This document shows, piece after piece, positions 19,855-29,661 of a stretch of 64,000 nt of DNA (positions within the stretch are counted from its first letter, which is position 1; the number at the start of each line of letters is the position of its first letter). This DNA is from Tepidisphaera sp. GTDB lineage: Bacteria > Planctomycetota > Phycisphaerae > Phycisphaerales > UBA1924. The stretch is taken from the NCBI GenBank assembly GCA_050916045.1, contig CP051526.1, positions 3,360,001 through 3,424,000 on the forward strand, read 5' to 3'. Below the pieces are notes generated by a model. The model saw nothing but the letters and a program-made list of their open reading frames with translations, was not told the DNA's origin and searched no databases. The position numbers were made by a program, and so were the translations under genes.

Positions 19855-19905
19855 CTCGTTAAGGTCAGAAAGGCAATGTACCCTCGCTTGCGCGTCGGGC
19901 TCTGA

Positions 19906-21279
19906 TCAGACCGTGGCGCGGCCGACGGAGGCGTACTTGAAGCCTGCGGCTTTCATCTGCTGGGGGCGGTAGAGGTTTCGGCCGTCGAAGATCACCTTGT
20001 TCTTCATGATCTTGGCGAGGCGGTCAAAGTCGGGGCTCTTGAACTCGTCCCAGTCGGTCGCGACGACGAGGGCGTCGGCGCCTTCGGCCGCGGCGTACAT
20101 GTCGCTGACGATCTTGAGGCCGGGGCCTTCGCCGCTCGGGCAGCCGAGTTCCTTGGCGCCCGTTTCGTGGGCGACGGGGTCAAAACCTTTGCACATCGCG
20201 CCCAGGCCCCTTGCCCGCTGGATGATGGTGAGGGCGGGGGCTTCGCGGACGTCGTCGGTGCGGGGCTTGAACGCCAAGCCCCAGACGGCGAGGGTCTTGC
20301 CGGCGAGGCCGCCGAGGGGCTTGAAGTGCTCCTCGATCTTCTTGAAGAAGCGTTCGCGTTGACGCTGATTGGTCTCGTGGACGGCTTTGGAGACGGCGAT
20401 GGGGACGCCGCGGGTCTCGCCCATCATGATGCAGGCGAGGGTGTCCTTGGGGAAGCAGGAGCCGCCGTAGCCGACGCCGGGGTAGAGGAACGCGCTGCCG
20501 ATGCGTTTGTCGGAGCACATGCCCTGGCGGACGTTGTTGATGTCGGCGCCATAGGCCTCGCAGAGGTTGGCCATCTCGTTGATGAAGGAGATTTTGGTTG
20601 CGAGGAAGTTGTTGGCGGCGTACTTGACCATCTCGCTGGAGAAGATGTCCATGATGAAGATGGGGTGCCCGTTGCGAACGAAGGGGTCGTAGAGAGCTTT
20701 GAAGACGGTGGAGGTGTGCTCGTCGAGGGCGCCGTCGGCGGAGGCTTCGACGCCACAGACGACGCGGTCGGGCTTGTTGAAGTCGGTGACGGCGTCGCCT
20801 TCCTTGAGGAACTCGGGGTTGTTGCCGATGCGGAAGGGGATGCCCGGGGCGGCGGCTTTGATGCGTGACTGGACGCGGAAGCTGGTGCCGACGGGGACGG
20901 TGGACTTGACGATGACGACCTTGGGCTTTTGCGAGGGGCCGAGGGCTTTGAGGACGGCTGCGATGTCGTCGGCGGCCTGATCGATGTACTTGAGGTCGGT
21001 GTGGCCTCGGTCGTCAGAGGGGGTGCCGACGCAGATGAAGATGGCGTCGGCGTCCTTGTAGGCCTGGGTCTTGTCGAGGGTGAAGTGCAGGCGGCCTGCG
21101 GCGATGTTGCGCTCGAGGAGTTCTTCGAGGCCGGGCTCGTAGATCGGGCACTTGCCCTGCTTGAGCTTTTCGATCTTGCCGGCATCAACGTCGAGACAGG
21201 TGACGTCGTTGCCGGTGTTGGCGAAACAGACGCCCGTGACAAGCCCGACATAACCCGTACCGACCATGGTCAATTTCAT
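19906..21279 (-). CDS. ugd: UDP-glucose 6-dehydrogenase
   Basis: VGTGYVGLV, ICVGTP, KSTVPVGT, NPEFLKEG, GYGGSCFPKD, GLAFKPRTDDVRE. Confidence 0.95.
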   Translation of the reverse strand: MKLTMVGTGYVGLVTGVCFANTGNDVTCLDVDAGKIEKLKQGKCPIYEPGLEELLERNIAAGRLHFTLDKTQAYKDADAIFICVGTPSDDRGHTDLKYIDQAADDIAAVLKALGPSQKPKVVIVKSTVPVGTSFRVQSRIKAAAPGIPFRIGNNPEFLKEGDAVTDFNKPDRVVCGVEASADGALDEHTSTVFKALYDPFVRNGHPIFIMDIFSSEMVKYAANNFLATKISFINEMANLCEAYGADINNVRQGMCSDKRIGSAFLYPGVGYGGSCFPKDTLACIMMGETRGVPIAVSKAVHETNQRQRERFFKKIEEHFKPLGGLAGKTLAVWGLAFKPRTDDVREAPALTIIQRARGLGAMCKGFDPVAHETGAKELGCPSGEGPGLKIVSDMYAAAEGADALVVATDWDEFKSPDFDRLAKIMKNKVIFDGRNLYRPQQMKAAGFKYASVGRATV

Positions 21280-21412
21280 AGTGCCGATGGTATCGGTACG
21301 TCGGGGGGGTGGGCAACGGCCGGGGGGAGCAAAAAGACCGGATGAAGGACGGGTTGGGAGGGGGGCGGGCCGGGCCGCTTGGTCGTCCTTGGTCCGGATA
21401 CGCTCCCGCCCG

Positions 21413-22285
21413 ATGCCAAACGCGACCAAGCCCGCTCGCTCGAACCGGTCCTCAAGCTCCACCCTGACCGCCAAGACCGCGGACAGGCACATCCTGTATG
21501 AGAAAGCCGTCCAGTGCGTGGAAGCGGAGATCGACTTCGTCGACAAGACGTTCCGCAAGCTGACGGGGCGTCATGCGGTCCTGCTTCGGGAGGATTTCTG
21601 CGGGACGGCGAACACCTCGTGCGAGTGGGTGCGTCGGCGGCCCGAGAATCGGGCTGTGGGCGTGGATCTGGACGAGGAGGTGCTGGCGTGGGGGATGAAG
21701 CACCATGTGCGCACGCTCAGCCCGGAGGAGCGGTCGCGGATCTCGCTGGTGCAGGCAGATGTGCGCACGCCGGGGCGGCTTGGAACGGGCGTGGACTGCG
21801 TGCTGGCGATGAATTTCAGCTTCTGGATCTTCAAGAAGCGTGAGGAACTGCTGGGGTACTTCAAATCGGTGTACAAGAGCCTCAAAGCCGACGGGGTGAT
21901 GTTCCTGGACTTTTTCGGCGGGTTTGAGGCGCAGCAGGTCCTAAGCGAGAAGAAGAAGTGCCCGGGGTACACGTACATCTGGGAGCACGCGGCGCACAAC
22001 CCGATCACGGGCGACCTTTTGTGCCACATCCACTTCGCGTTTCCGGATGGGACGCGGATGAACAAGGCGTTCACGTACGACTGGCGGCTTTGGACCTTGC
22101 CGGAGGTGCGGGAGCTGCTGGAAGAGGCGGGGTTCGGGCGGGTGACGGTGTACTGGGAGGGTGACGAGAAGGATGAGCACGGGAACGCGACGGGGGAAGG
22201 GAACGGGAAGTTCGCCCCGAGCACCAAGGGCGAGGTGTGCGCCGGGTGGATCGCGTACCTGTCGGCGGAAAAGAAGCCGCGATAA
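21413..22285 (+). CDS. Class I SAM-dependent methyltransferase
   Basis: LYEKAVQ, LREDFCGTA, GVDLD, AMNFS, FTYDWRLW. Confidence 0.85.
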   Translation: MPNATKPARSNRSSSSTLTAKTADRHILYEKAVQCVEAEIDFVDKTFRKLTGRHAVLLREDFCGTANTSCEWVRRRPENRAVGVDLDEEVLAWGMKHHVRTLSPEERSRISLVQADVRTPGRLGTGVDCVLAMNFSFWIFKKREELLGYFKSVYKSLKADGVMFLDFFGGFEAQQVLSEKKKCPGYTYIWEHAAHNPITGDLLCHIHFAFPDGTRMNKAFTYDWRLWTLPEVRELLEEAGFGRVTVYWEGDEKDEHGNATGEGNGKFAPSTKGEVCAGWIAYLSAEKKPR

Positions 22286-22335
22286 CGCCGGGGCGGAGGG
22301 GGGAAATGCGCGGGTGAGCGTGCAACAATCTGGAG

Positions 22336-23358
22336 ATGTCCGCCCTAGCCAGCCACTTTCAGGAGCACGCCGAGGTCTTGGCCGCCGTGGACCGCGGCTT
22401 AGTGCGGGTGGCGAAGGTCTTTGACGGGCAGCTTCAGTCCAGACTTGAGCCGGTGCGGCGGCTGGTGCAGCATGTCGAGCATTATCGGGGCAAGATGCTC
22501 CGGCCGATGCTGACGCTGGTGTGCGGGATGGCGACGTCGGCGGAGGGGGAAGCGGGCCTCACGCGTGAGCACGACGTGTGCGCGGCGGTCATCGAGATGG
22601 TGCACATGGCGACGCTGGTGCACGACGATGTGCTTGATGAAGCGGCCCTGCGGCGGAAATCGCCGACGCTGAACTCGCTCTACGGGAATGAGCCGGCGGT
22701 GATCCTCGGGGATTTCCTGATCGCTTCGGCGTATCACCTGTGCTCGACGCTTGAGACGACGGGGCCGAGCCGGGCGGTGGGTCGCGCGGCGGTGGTGACG
22801 GCTTCCGGCGAGCTGCTTCAGCTTCACCATCGCGGTGATTTCGGGCTGACGGAAGCGACATACTTTGAGATCATCCGCGGGAAGACGGCGGAGCTGATCG
22901 CGACGGCTTGCGAGCTTGGGGCGGCGGCGAGCGGCGCGGACCGGGCGGTGGTGTCAGCGCTGCGGGAGTTTGGCCTTGAGATCGGAGCGGCGTTCCAGAT
23001 TCAGGATGACATTCTGGATCTGACGGGTGATGAGACGACGGTGGGCAAGACGCTGGGGCAGGACCTGGCAAAGGGGAAGGTGACGCTTCCGCTGATTCAC
23101 CACCTGGCGACGATCCCGCCGGCGGAGCAAGCGGTGTCGGTGGCTTTGCTTCGGGAAGCGGCGGGCGAGGGCGGTGCGCGACGCGTGGCGGGGCAGCTTG
23201 TGGCGCGGGTGGAGCGGACGGGTTCGCTGGCGGCGGCGGGTACGAGGGCGGCGACGCTGATCGCTTCGGCGAAGGGCCGGCTTGCGGTCTTGCCGGAGTC
23301 GGCGGCGAAAGCAGCGCTGGGGTCGATCGCGGATGCGGTTTTGACGCGACGGGCGTGA
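22336..23358 (+). CDS. Polyprenyl diphosphate synthase
   Basis: GKMLRP, HDDVLD (FARM), KTAEL, FQIQDDILD (SARM), GKVTLP. Confidence 0.93.
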   Translation: MSALASHFQEHAEVLAAVDRGLVRVAKVFDGQLQSRLEPVRRLVQHVEHYRGKMLRPMLTLVCGMATSAEGEAGLTREHDVCAAVIEMVHMATLVHDDVLDEAALRRKSPTLNSLYGNEPAVILGDFLIASAYHLCSTLETTGPSRAVGRAAVVTASGELLQLHHRGDFGLTEATYFEIIRGKTAELIATACELGAAASGADRAVVSALREFGLEIGAAFQIQDDILDLTGDETTVGKTLGQDLAKGKVTLPLIHHLATIPPAEQAVSVALLREAAGEGGARRVAGQLVARVERTGSLAAAGTRAATLIASAKGRLAVLPESAAKAALGSIADAVLTRRA

Positions 23359-23402
23359 GTGGTCGGCGTGACGCCTGAATTACGGACGCACAGGGTTCAT
23401 CG

Positions 23403-23441
23403 GCACCGATCGCCGGAGGAACCGGCCATCAGTGGCACGGG
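23403..23441. repeat. REP-like palindromic unit at the 3' flank of the PIN gene
   Basis: GCACCGATCGCCGGAGGAACCGGCCATCAGTGGCACGGG resembles the 25048-25085 unit. Confidence 0.5.
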
Positions 23442-23492
23442 TCACGTTCCGCGATCGATTCCACCCGCCGGTCGTGCCAACCGCCACCACGC

Positions 23493-24662
23493 TCAAACGT
23501 CGTTCTCCCTTACTTCAGATTCGACTTCAGCATTGACAATGTGGATGTCCCAGTCATTATCAAAGTGGATGTCCGAGCAATCAACCACACCTGTGGCGAG
23601 CTTTTCGTGATCTACACGAAGCGTGAATGACAGGTTTTCTGTCGCCCGTAGAGTAGCGGTTACTGAGCCGAGCGACTTTCTTTCCTTCGTCTCATCATCG
23701 GTATAGGTCATGTCGGGGTCGGGATAGGTCGCAGTCGCCATGAATGCGATCTCCACACTCCCGGAAACCGTTACCCAGTTCTGATCAATGTCGACGATCG
23801 ATATGCTCATGAACTCGATTGAAGCGTCGTACACTTCTATGATATCCGCGTCAAAGGCTTCATCATGATCCCACCAGAACACGAGGCCGACGAAGACTTT
23901 GAGCATCGATTTCTCGACCTCCGCACGATTCTCTTCCAATAGCAAGCCTATCTTGTCTTTGAATGCGGCGAGTCTTGGCGCTTTCGAAAGAACCCAGTCA
24001 AGTTCTGAACAGTAGACAAGATGATCGTCAACCTCACAGGCGGCGCGAACATCCGAGTCCTTACTTACGACAACAATCCTCGTACCATTCTCAATGGCGT
24101 GCTCTCGTAGTGCGGCGATCGCGAAGGCGTCAGGGAACTCCCACTTTTTCATTCCTGCGCCAAACGGTGGCACGCCGTGGAAATAGTCCGCGAATACAGA
24201 CTCGGCGTGCTCGCAGGCGATCGGCAATTCAGTGGCTTCGCACTGCGTCAGGAATTCTTCCCATCGTGCAGCCGACTCTTTCTCGCTTCTGGGCCAAAAG
24301 GCGGCCAAGAAGCTAACGAGAGAGTTGGCGGATGAGCGATGAAGCACACTGTGCTTGCTTACTTTGCCCTCAACGGCAAGTTTGGCCTCGGCGAGGAGCT
24401 TTCGCAGCCGCGAATGGACTTCGTCCTTGATTACTGAAGGGATCACCAAACTGAAATCGCTCGCATCCACACCCTTTGACACCGATTCCAGCAAAGGCCC
24501 ATCAAAGGCAAATCCTGCGCTCTCGTATATGCACGTGTCGATAAAGAGCCGCACCGGTGGAGTGAAAGATGACAGATCGGGGCAGACGGGCTCTAGTGGG
24601 GGCTCATTTGACGCCGGCGGCGACTGTAGCCGATTTGAATTTTGTTGCGGCTTGTTTGCCAT
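23493..24662 (-). CDS. PIN-domain protein (DUF4935/PIN_12-like) with acidic C-terminal domain
   Basis: LFIDTCIY, IPSVIKDEV, PPF..KKWEFPDAF, VVSKDSD. Visibly more AT-rich than the flanking genes. Confidence 0.8.
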   Translation of the reverse strand: MANKPQQNSNRLQSPPASNEPPLEPVCPDLSSFTPPVRLFIDTCIYESAGFAFDGPLLESVSKGVDASDFSLVIPSVIKDEVHSRLRKLLAEAKLAVEGKVSKHSVLHRSSANSLVSFLAAFWPRSEKESAARWEEFLTQCEATELPIACEHAESVFADYFHGVPPFGAGMKKWEFPDAFAIAALREHAIENGTRIVVVSKDSDVRAACEVDDHLVYCSELDWVLSKAPRLAAFKDKIGLLLEENRAEVEKSMLKVFVGLVFWWDHDEAFDADIIEVYDASIEFMSISIVDIDQNWVTVSGSVEIAFMATATYPDPDMTYTDDETKERKSLGSVTATLRATENLSFTLRVDHEKLATGVVDCSDIHFDNDWDIHIVNAEVESEVRENDV

Positions 24663-24911
24663 GCGTTGAAGCCTATGGATCCATCCCGGTTCGGGCACTG
24701 CGGAAAAGGCCGTATGCCGGAGCAAGGGGTTGAGCCAGTGGTCAGCTCGCTCCGACCCTAACCAAAGTGAGGCGTCGGACACGGCACGACATCGGGAGAC
24801 GCCTGAGATCATGACTGCGCGGTCGCGGGGTGTGGCGGGTGGCACCATCCATCGTCGTTCCTCCGTCAAGCGTCCGAACAGTGCGTCTCCCCCCCAGTAT
24901 ACCGAGAACGT

Positions 24912-25085
24912 CGGGTGCCACCATCCCTCACCTTCGGAGGGTGGTGGATGGTCGCACGAGCGCAATGTTACGTCGGTGGCGCGATCATCCCGCTTCGGGA
25001 TGGTCGTCCGCCGCAGATCGCATGCCCAATCCTGGCCGCTCGCCCAAGCACGACCATCCGGAGGACCGGATGATCGTGGCACCCG
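24912..25085. repeat. Cluster of three REP-like hairpin units (REPIN/MITE-like)
   Basis: CGGGTGCCAC at 24912 and GTGGCACCCG at 25076-25085 are inverted. Internal hairpins: CGATCATCCCG-CTT-CGGGATGGTCG and CACGACCATCCGG-AGGA-CCGGATGATCGTG. Confidence 0.6.
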
Positions 25086-25232
25086 TCGGGCCGTCAATCT
25101 CGCAATGACAGATCGGCGCGTTCGCGTGGAGCCTCCGTTCGGGTGGTTTTGGGTGGTGCGATCACTGTGCGACATCGGAGGCTGAACCCTTGCTGGCGCT
25201 GCGGGCTCGTTGGGGCGGGGGTGAAATTGGGC

Positions 25233-25288
25233 TTGACGTGGGTTGGGGGTTCGGGTATTCTTGTTGAGAATGACTTCTCAGAGTCATT
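25233..25288 (+). promoter_or_regulatory. Sigma70 promoter with Fur/Zur-like palindromic operator at the predicted start site
   Basis: TTGACG-N17-TATTCT (25233-25261). TGAGAA-N4-TTCTCA (25265-25280) overlaps AATGACT-N6-AGTCATT (25269-25288). Confidence 0.7.
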
Positions 25289-25725
25289 ATGGGTCGGAGC
25301 GGGCGGGTCGCCGGGGGTGGCGGCTTTCGCGGGTTTTGCTTGCGCTGGCGCTGCTGCTTTCGTTCGCGGTGCAGGTCGGGGTGCGGGCTTCGCACACCCA
25401 TCGGCCGGTGGAACGGGATGAGCCGCGGGCGGCGTGCGGGGGGCACGGGCACCACCACCATCACCATGACCATCACGGGCATGCGCACGACGGCTCGCAG
25501 GGTGGCGGGCGGGATGGCGGGTCTGAGCAGGATGAGGATTCGACGGCGTGCGAGATTTGTCAGAAGCTGACGATCGCGCGGTTCACGTCGTTTGTGGGCG
25601 GGGCGCCGGTGGTGCTCTCGCTTGCACCCAGGGTCGCGGTCGGCGTGCCGGTGGAGGCTTCTTGGGAGGCTCCGAGTCTGGCAGCGCCGCGAGCGGCTTC
25701 GCGAGGACCCCCGACGGGTGCGTGA
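25270..25725 (+). CDS. DUF2946-like His-rich small exported protein
   Basis: Hydrophobic segment, [27 protein letters not shown]-terminal SRGPP. Confidence 0.75.
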   Translation: MTSQSHYGSERAGRRGWRLSRVLLALALLLSFAVQVGVRASHTHRPVERDEPRAACGGHGHHHHHHDHHGHAHDGSQGGGRDGGSEQDEDSTACEICQKLTIARFTSFVGGAPVVLSLAPRVAVGVPVEASWEAPSLAAPRAASRGPPTGA

Positions 25726-25850
25726 TCGCGCGTTCTTGCGCTGATTCCGCGTGGCGGACGCTCATGTCCTGGCAGGGCGGGGCTGATCCGTCGTCCAAGC
25801 ACCGAAGTTTCGCGGCGATCGCTTGTGCGATCGTCATTCTGGAGCCGTTT

Positions 25851-26579
25851 ATGCGGCGTGGCTTCACGCTCATCGAGCTTCTTGTCGTCATCGCGATCAT
25901 CGCGCTGCTGATCTCGCTGCTTCTGCCCGCGTTGGGGAAGGCGAGGCAGGCGGCGCGGGTGGTGAAGGACCTTTCGCAGATTCAGAACCTTCAGCGGGCG
26001 CAGCTCATCTATCTGCAGGATTTCCGCGGGGCGTTCGTGGATGTCGGGCTTGCGCACGGCGGCGTGGGCGACCCGGATTCATCGTTCGTGAAGACGCTTG
26101 CGGAGTATTCGGGCGGGTCGATCGCGGCGAAGAGCCCGCTGGACCGGAGCGCGTACTGGCCGGTGGATCGGGGCGGAAGCGGGCTGACGATCGGCGGGGC
26201 TTCGCGGGTGACGAGCTATGGGATGAACAATTTCCTGTCGCGGAACTATGGGCCGCCGCCGGAGATCTCGCCGCGGGCGCCGTTTGACAAGCTTGAGAGG
26301 ATCGTGATGCCGGACAAGACGGTGCAGTTCCTGCTGATGGTCGAGACCGGGGACTACGCGGTTTCGGACCATGTGCACGCGGAGGGCTGGGGCGGCGGGA
26401 ACCGGGCGGCGGCGCTGGCGGCGACGGAGATGTTCCCGTGGGCGGTCTCGGGGACGAAGGGGGCGGCGACGGCGATCTCGAACTATGGGTACGTGGATGG
26501 GCATGCGGCGACGCAGGCATTCCAGGATGTGTACATCGATCGGACGGCGAATCGGTTTGATCCGCAGGTCGCTCGCTGA
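25851..26579 (+). CDS. Prepilin-type N-terminal cleavage/methylation protein (pseudopilin-like)
   Basis: [47 protein letters not shown]. Confidence 0.88.
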   Translation: MRRGFTLIELLVVIAIIALLISLLLPALGKARQAARVVKDLSQIQNLQRAQLIYLQDFRGAFVDVGLAHGGVGDPDSSFVKTLAEYSGGSIAAKSPLDRSAYWPVDRGGSGLTIGGASRVTSYGMNNFLSRNYGPPPEISPRAPFDKLERIVMPDKTVQFLLMVETGDYAVSDHVHAEGWGGGNRAAALAATEMFPWAVSGTKGAATAISNYGYVDGHAATQAFQDVYIDRTANRFDPQVAR

Positions 26580-26629
26580 GAGCGTTCGCGGCGGGTGGTT
26601 CGACGTTGAAATCTGACAAGGAGTGAATC

Positions 26630-27409
26630 ATGAGGTGTGCTTTGTTGGCATCGTGCGCGGCAGCGGCGCTGAGCGGTATGGCGATGGCGCAGCACCAGGG
26701 CGACATTCTGCTGAACGTGATCGAGGGGCAGATTCAGACGGGAGCGGTGCTTGACGCCGGCGGCGTGGATCTTGATGAGCGGGTGTTCATCAGCACGCTG
26801 GGCGCGGCGTTTCCGGATTTCGCGGACGATCCGGGGTTTGACTGTGTGCCGGGGACGTTTCCGGCGAACTCGAGCGTGGGGTTCCGCGTGCGGGCGGCGC
26901 TGCGGGAGTGGGACGGGAGCGGGTTTACGTCGATCCCGGATGAGCGGCTTGAGGTTTCGTTCGGGCCGCTGGGGCCGGTGGTGACGCCGCTTGCGGATGA
27001 GGTGGTGGATGGGTTCACGATCCGTGTGGGGGCCAACGGCCAGTGGCACCGGCACCTTGAGTATGTGCTTGCGTCGCCGGCGGAGACGGGGGTGTATCTG
27101 CTTGAGATGAGCTTGTACACGAACGCTTCGGGGATCGGGGAGAGCAGGCCGTTCTGGGTGGTTTTCAATCAGAACGAGAGCGCGGCGACGGTTGAAGCGG
27201 CGGCGGCGTGGGTCGTGTCGAACAAGCTTTGCCCGGCGGATTTCAACCGCGACGGGTTCATCGATTTCTTCGACTACGACGATTTCGTGACGTGCTTTGA
27301 GACGGGTGTGTGCGGGGAGGGCGCGACGGCGGACTTCAACGGCGATGCGTTCGTGGACTTCTTCGATTACGACGAGTTCGTGGCGGCGTTCGAGGTCGGC
27401 TGCGGCTGA
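26630..27409 (+). CDS. Secreted HxH-domain protein with C-terminal GC-type dockerin-like anchor
   Basis: Signal peptide, AAGGAG RBS, WHRH. Ends CPADFNRDGFIDFFDYDDFV...ADFNGDAFVDFFDYDEFVAAFEVGCG. Confidence 0.85.
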   Translation: MRCALLASCAAAALSGMAMAQHQGDILLNVIEGQIQTGAVLDAGGVDLDERVFISTLGAAFPDFADDPGFDCVPGTFPANSSVGFRVRAALREWDGSGFTSIPDERLEVSFGPLGPVVTPLADEVVDGFTIRVGANGQWHRHLEYVLASPAETGVYLLEMSLYTNASGIGESRPFWVVFNQNESAATVEAAAAWVVSNKLCPADFNRDGFIDFFDYDDFVTCFETGVCGEGATADFNGDAFVDFFDYDEFVAAFEVGCG

Positions 27410-27508
27410 GCGTGGGCGGTTTGGGGCGGGCGGGAGGCGGGCTGGGGGCGATCAGCGTGTGTTTCGCTGACGAGTTGAGAGAGTCCTTTTGCACTTGGAG
27501 GCATAGCG

Positions 27509-28174
27509 ATGAACATGATGAAGTACGGCGTGGCGGCTGCGGGCGTGATGGCGGGTTCGGCGATGGCCGAGGAGCCCCACTTTGACGTGTGGCTGACGCT
27601 CTCGGGCGGAAACCTGGTGACGGGCGCGATTTCGGAGGATGGCCTGACGACCGAGGAGGGCGTGCGGGTTTTCGGAGCGGAGCTTGGCGAACTTCTGCCG
27701 GACTTTTCGGACGAGCCGGGGATTCAGGGCATCGACGGGACGTTTGCGGCCGGGGAACGCTTTGGGATCAGCATCCGTCGTGCGGTGCGAGCGTGGAACG
27801 GGACGGACTTCACGACGGTGAGCTCGTCGCGGTTCCAGCTTGATTTCGGGCCGCAGTCGATGGCGAGCGCCTTGACGGACGACGTGGTGACGGGCATCGA
27901 GTTGGCGGCGGATTCCGAGGGGGGAATCCACGACCACCCGACGTTCACGCTTCTGGATCCGGCGAGCGGGATCTACCTGCTTGAGCTGAGCGTGAGCTCG
28001 GTGGGCGGGACGTATGGCGAGACGCTTCCGTTCTGGGTTGTGTTCAACAACGGTGAGAGCGAGGAGGCGCACGAAGCGTCGATCGAGTGGGTTGAGAACA
28101 ACCTGGTTCCGACGCCGGGCGCGATGACGCTGTTGGGCGTCGGACTGCTCGCGATGGGTCGTCGCCGCCGCTGA
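27509..28174 (+). CDS. Secreted HxH-domain protein with PEP-CTERM-type anchor, paralog of the upstream gene
   Basis: Signal peptide, IHDH. Ends VPTPGAMTLLGVGLLAMGRRRR. Confidence 0.88.
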   Translation: MNMMKYGVAAAGVMAGSAMAEEPHFDVWLTLSGGNLVTGAISEDGLTTEEGVRVFGAELGELLPDFSDEPGIQGIDGTFAAGERFGISIRRAVRAWNGTDFTTVSSSRFQLDFGPQSMASALTDDVVTGIELAADSEGGIHDHPTFTLLDPASGIYLLELSVSSVGGTYGETLPFWVVFNNGESEEAHEASIEWVENNLVPTPGAMTLLGVGLLAMGRRRR

Positions 28175-28208
28175 GCGGAATGGAGCGGAGAGAATGTTGG
28201 AGGGCAAC

Positions 28209-28244
28209 GGGCCCGGAGCGATGAGCTTCGGGCCCTGTTCTTTC
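28209..28244 (+). terminator. Intrinsic terminator closing the 25.2-28.2 kb operon
   Basis: GGGCCCGGAGC-GATGA-GCTTCGGGCCC followed by TGTTCTTTC. Confidence 0.6.
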
Positions 28245-28267
28245 GCGGCGATGAGGCTTCCGCGGCG

Positions 28268-29470
28268 TCAGGTCAGCTTCATGTCGTCCAGGCCGAGCCC
28301 GAGCGTCTGGCGGGCGGCTTGGTCGAGAGCGTCGCGGGGGCCTTGGAGGTGGATGGTGCGGTGGGTGTGAGTGATGGACTGGCCGGGAGCGAGGGCGGCC
28401 GCTGGGGAGGAGGTTTCGAGCTCGTAGAAGGGGCCGAAGGGCTTGCTTCCGGGCTCGCTGGGGCCGTCGTTGTAGGAGTTGACGACGTCGCCGGAGAAGG
28501 GGTCCTTCTGCCGGTTTTCCCACATGGAGTTGACGTACTTGTGGGTGCCCTTCGGGAGGGTGTAGGTGACGAGGGTGAGCACGCTACGGGCTGGGTCGTA
28601 GCTTCCGAGGATGGGCGTGGCGGCGGCGGGGGCGACGCCGATCTTGGAGCGTTCCTGACCATCGCCGCTGAAGAGCAGAGCGAGCGGGCGTGGCGAGCCG
28701 GACGCGGGGTGGCTTTGGGGCACGGCTTTCAGCCGTGAAGCAGGGACCTTGCCGAAGTACGTGTCGTTGACCAGAGCGGAAAGGTCGTGGCCTTCGCGGG
28801 CATTGATCGGAACCACGACGACGGTCGACGGGGTCGGCCTGAACATGCCGAGGATCCAGATGGAAAGCAAGCCGGTCGCGTGGGTCCAATCGGCGGGGCC
28901 GGTGTTGGTCACAGTGTTGGACGACTGAAACGCGACGACGTCGAGATTCGCCGCGGCGATGCCGAGTTCGGCGAGCACATCGTCGGGGCTGAGCACGGTG
29001 ATCGCGCGGTCGATCTTGATGTCGAAAAGCGTGCCGGACGCGTTGGTGAACCTGGCCGCGTGGGTGAAGGAAGCGGCGTGGTCGGACCTGCTCACGAGCG
29101 TGTACGCGGCGGTGTCGATGAACTCAGGGGTCTGCCAGTGCTTGAGGGATTGCTCGGGGGTTCCAGGCGTGAAGAAGATCGAGAATTGGCCGCCCTCGGG
29201 GCCGAGCCAGAAGCGATCCTCGCCGCCGTAGGGGTTGATGTGCGGCAACGTGCCGGAGGAGGCGATGAGATCGTCCTTGAGGAAGCCGAAGGACTGACCG
29301 GCGTCGCCACGGGCGGTTGAGGTCATCACGCGAGCTTGGAAAGCGGGGACGACCGCGATCTTGCCGGCGCCCTTGGGAGCGGTCAGCACGATTGTCTCAC
29401 GGTGCTTGCGGAGGAACTCAACGTCCCCGTGAAAGGGGCGGTCGGGAGCGTGTTGGGTGGCGGTGGGCAT
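28268..29470 (-). CDS. Conserved hypothetical protein (probably DUF6786-like)
   Basis: [48 protein letters not shown]. Confidence 0.7.
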   Translation of the reverse strand: MPTATQHAPDRPFHGDVEFLRKHRETIVLTAPKGAGKIAVVPAFQARVMTSTARGDAGQSFGFLKDDLIASSGTLPHINPYGGEDRFWLGPEGGQFSIFFTPGTPEQSLKHWQTPEFIDTAAYTLVSRSDHAASFTHAARFTNASGTLFDIKIDRAITVLSPDDVLAELGIAAANLDVVAFQSSNTVTNTGPADWTHATGLLSIWILGMFRPTPSTVVVVPINAREGHDLSALVNDTYFGKVPASRLKAVPQSHPASGSPRPLALLFSGDGQERSKIGVAPAAATPILGSYDPARSVLTLVTYTLPKGTHKYVNSMWENRQKDPFSGDVVNSYNDGPSEPGSKPFGPFYELETSSPAAALAPGQSITHTHRTIHLQGPRDALDQAARQTLGLGLDDMKLT

Positions 29471-29661
29471 GGGGTGGTGGAGCGGGGTGGCGGTTCTCGG
29501 ATTGGGGATCGGCGAGCATAGCAGGAGGCGCGAGGCCCCGGGAAGCGGGAGGGGCTGAGGGAGGAGCGGTTTCGGCCTTGCGGAAGGGGGGATCTTCGAG
29601 TAGATTGGTGATCCGGCGACGTGCCGCGGATGGAGGCGGTCTGCTGCGAAGGAGCTTGTCA

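Noticed and set aside
24912..25085. CRISPR array or tRNA/riboswitch
   Set aside because: The units are degenerate, inverted and irregularly spaced. There are no cas genes, and I recognise no cloverleaf or riboswitch consensus.
24663..25175. N-terminal extension of the PIN ORF
   Set aside because: It runs through non-coding palindromes. A -10-like hexamer supports the start at 24662.
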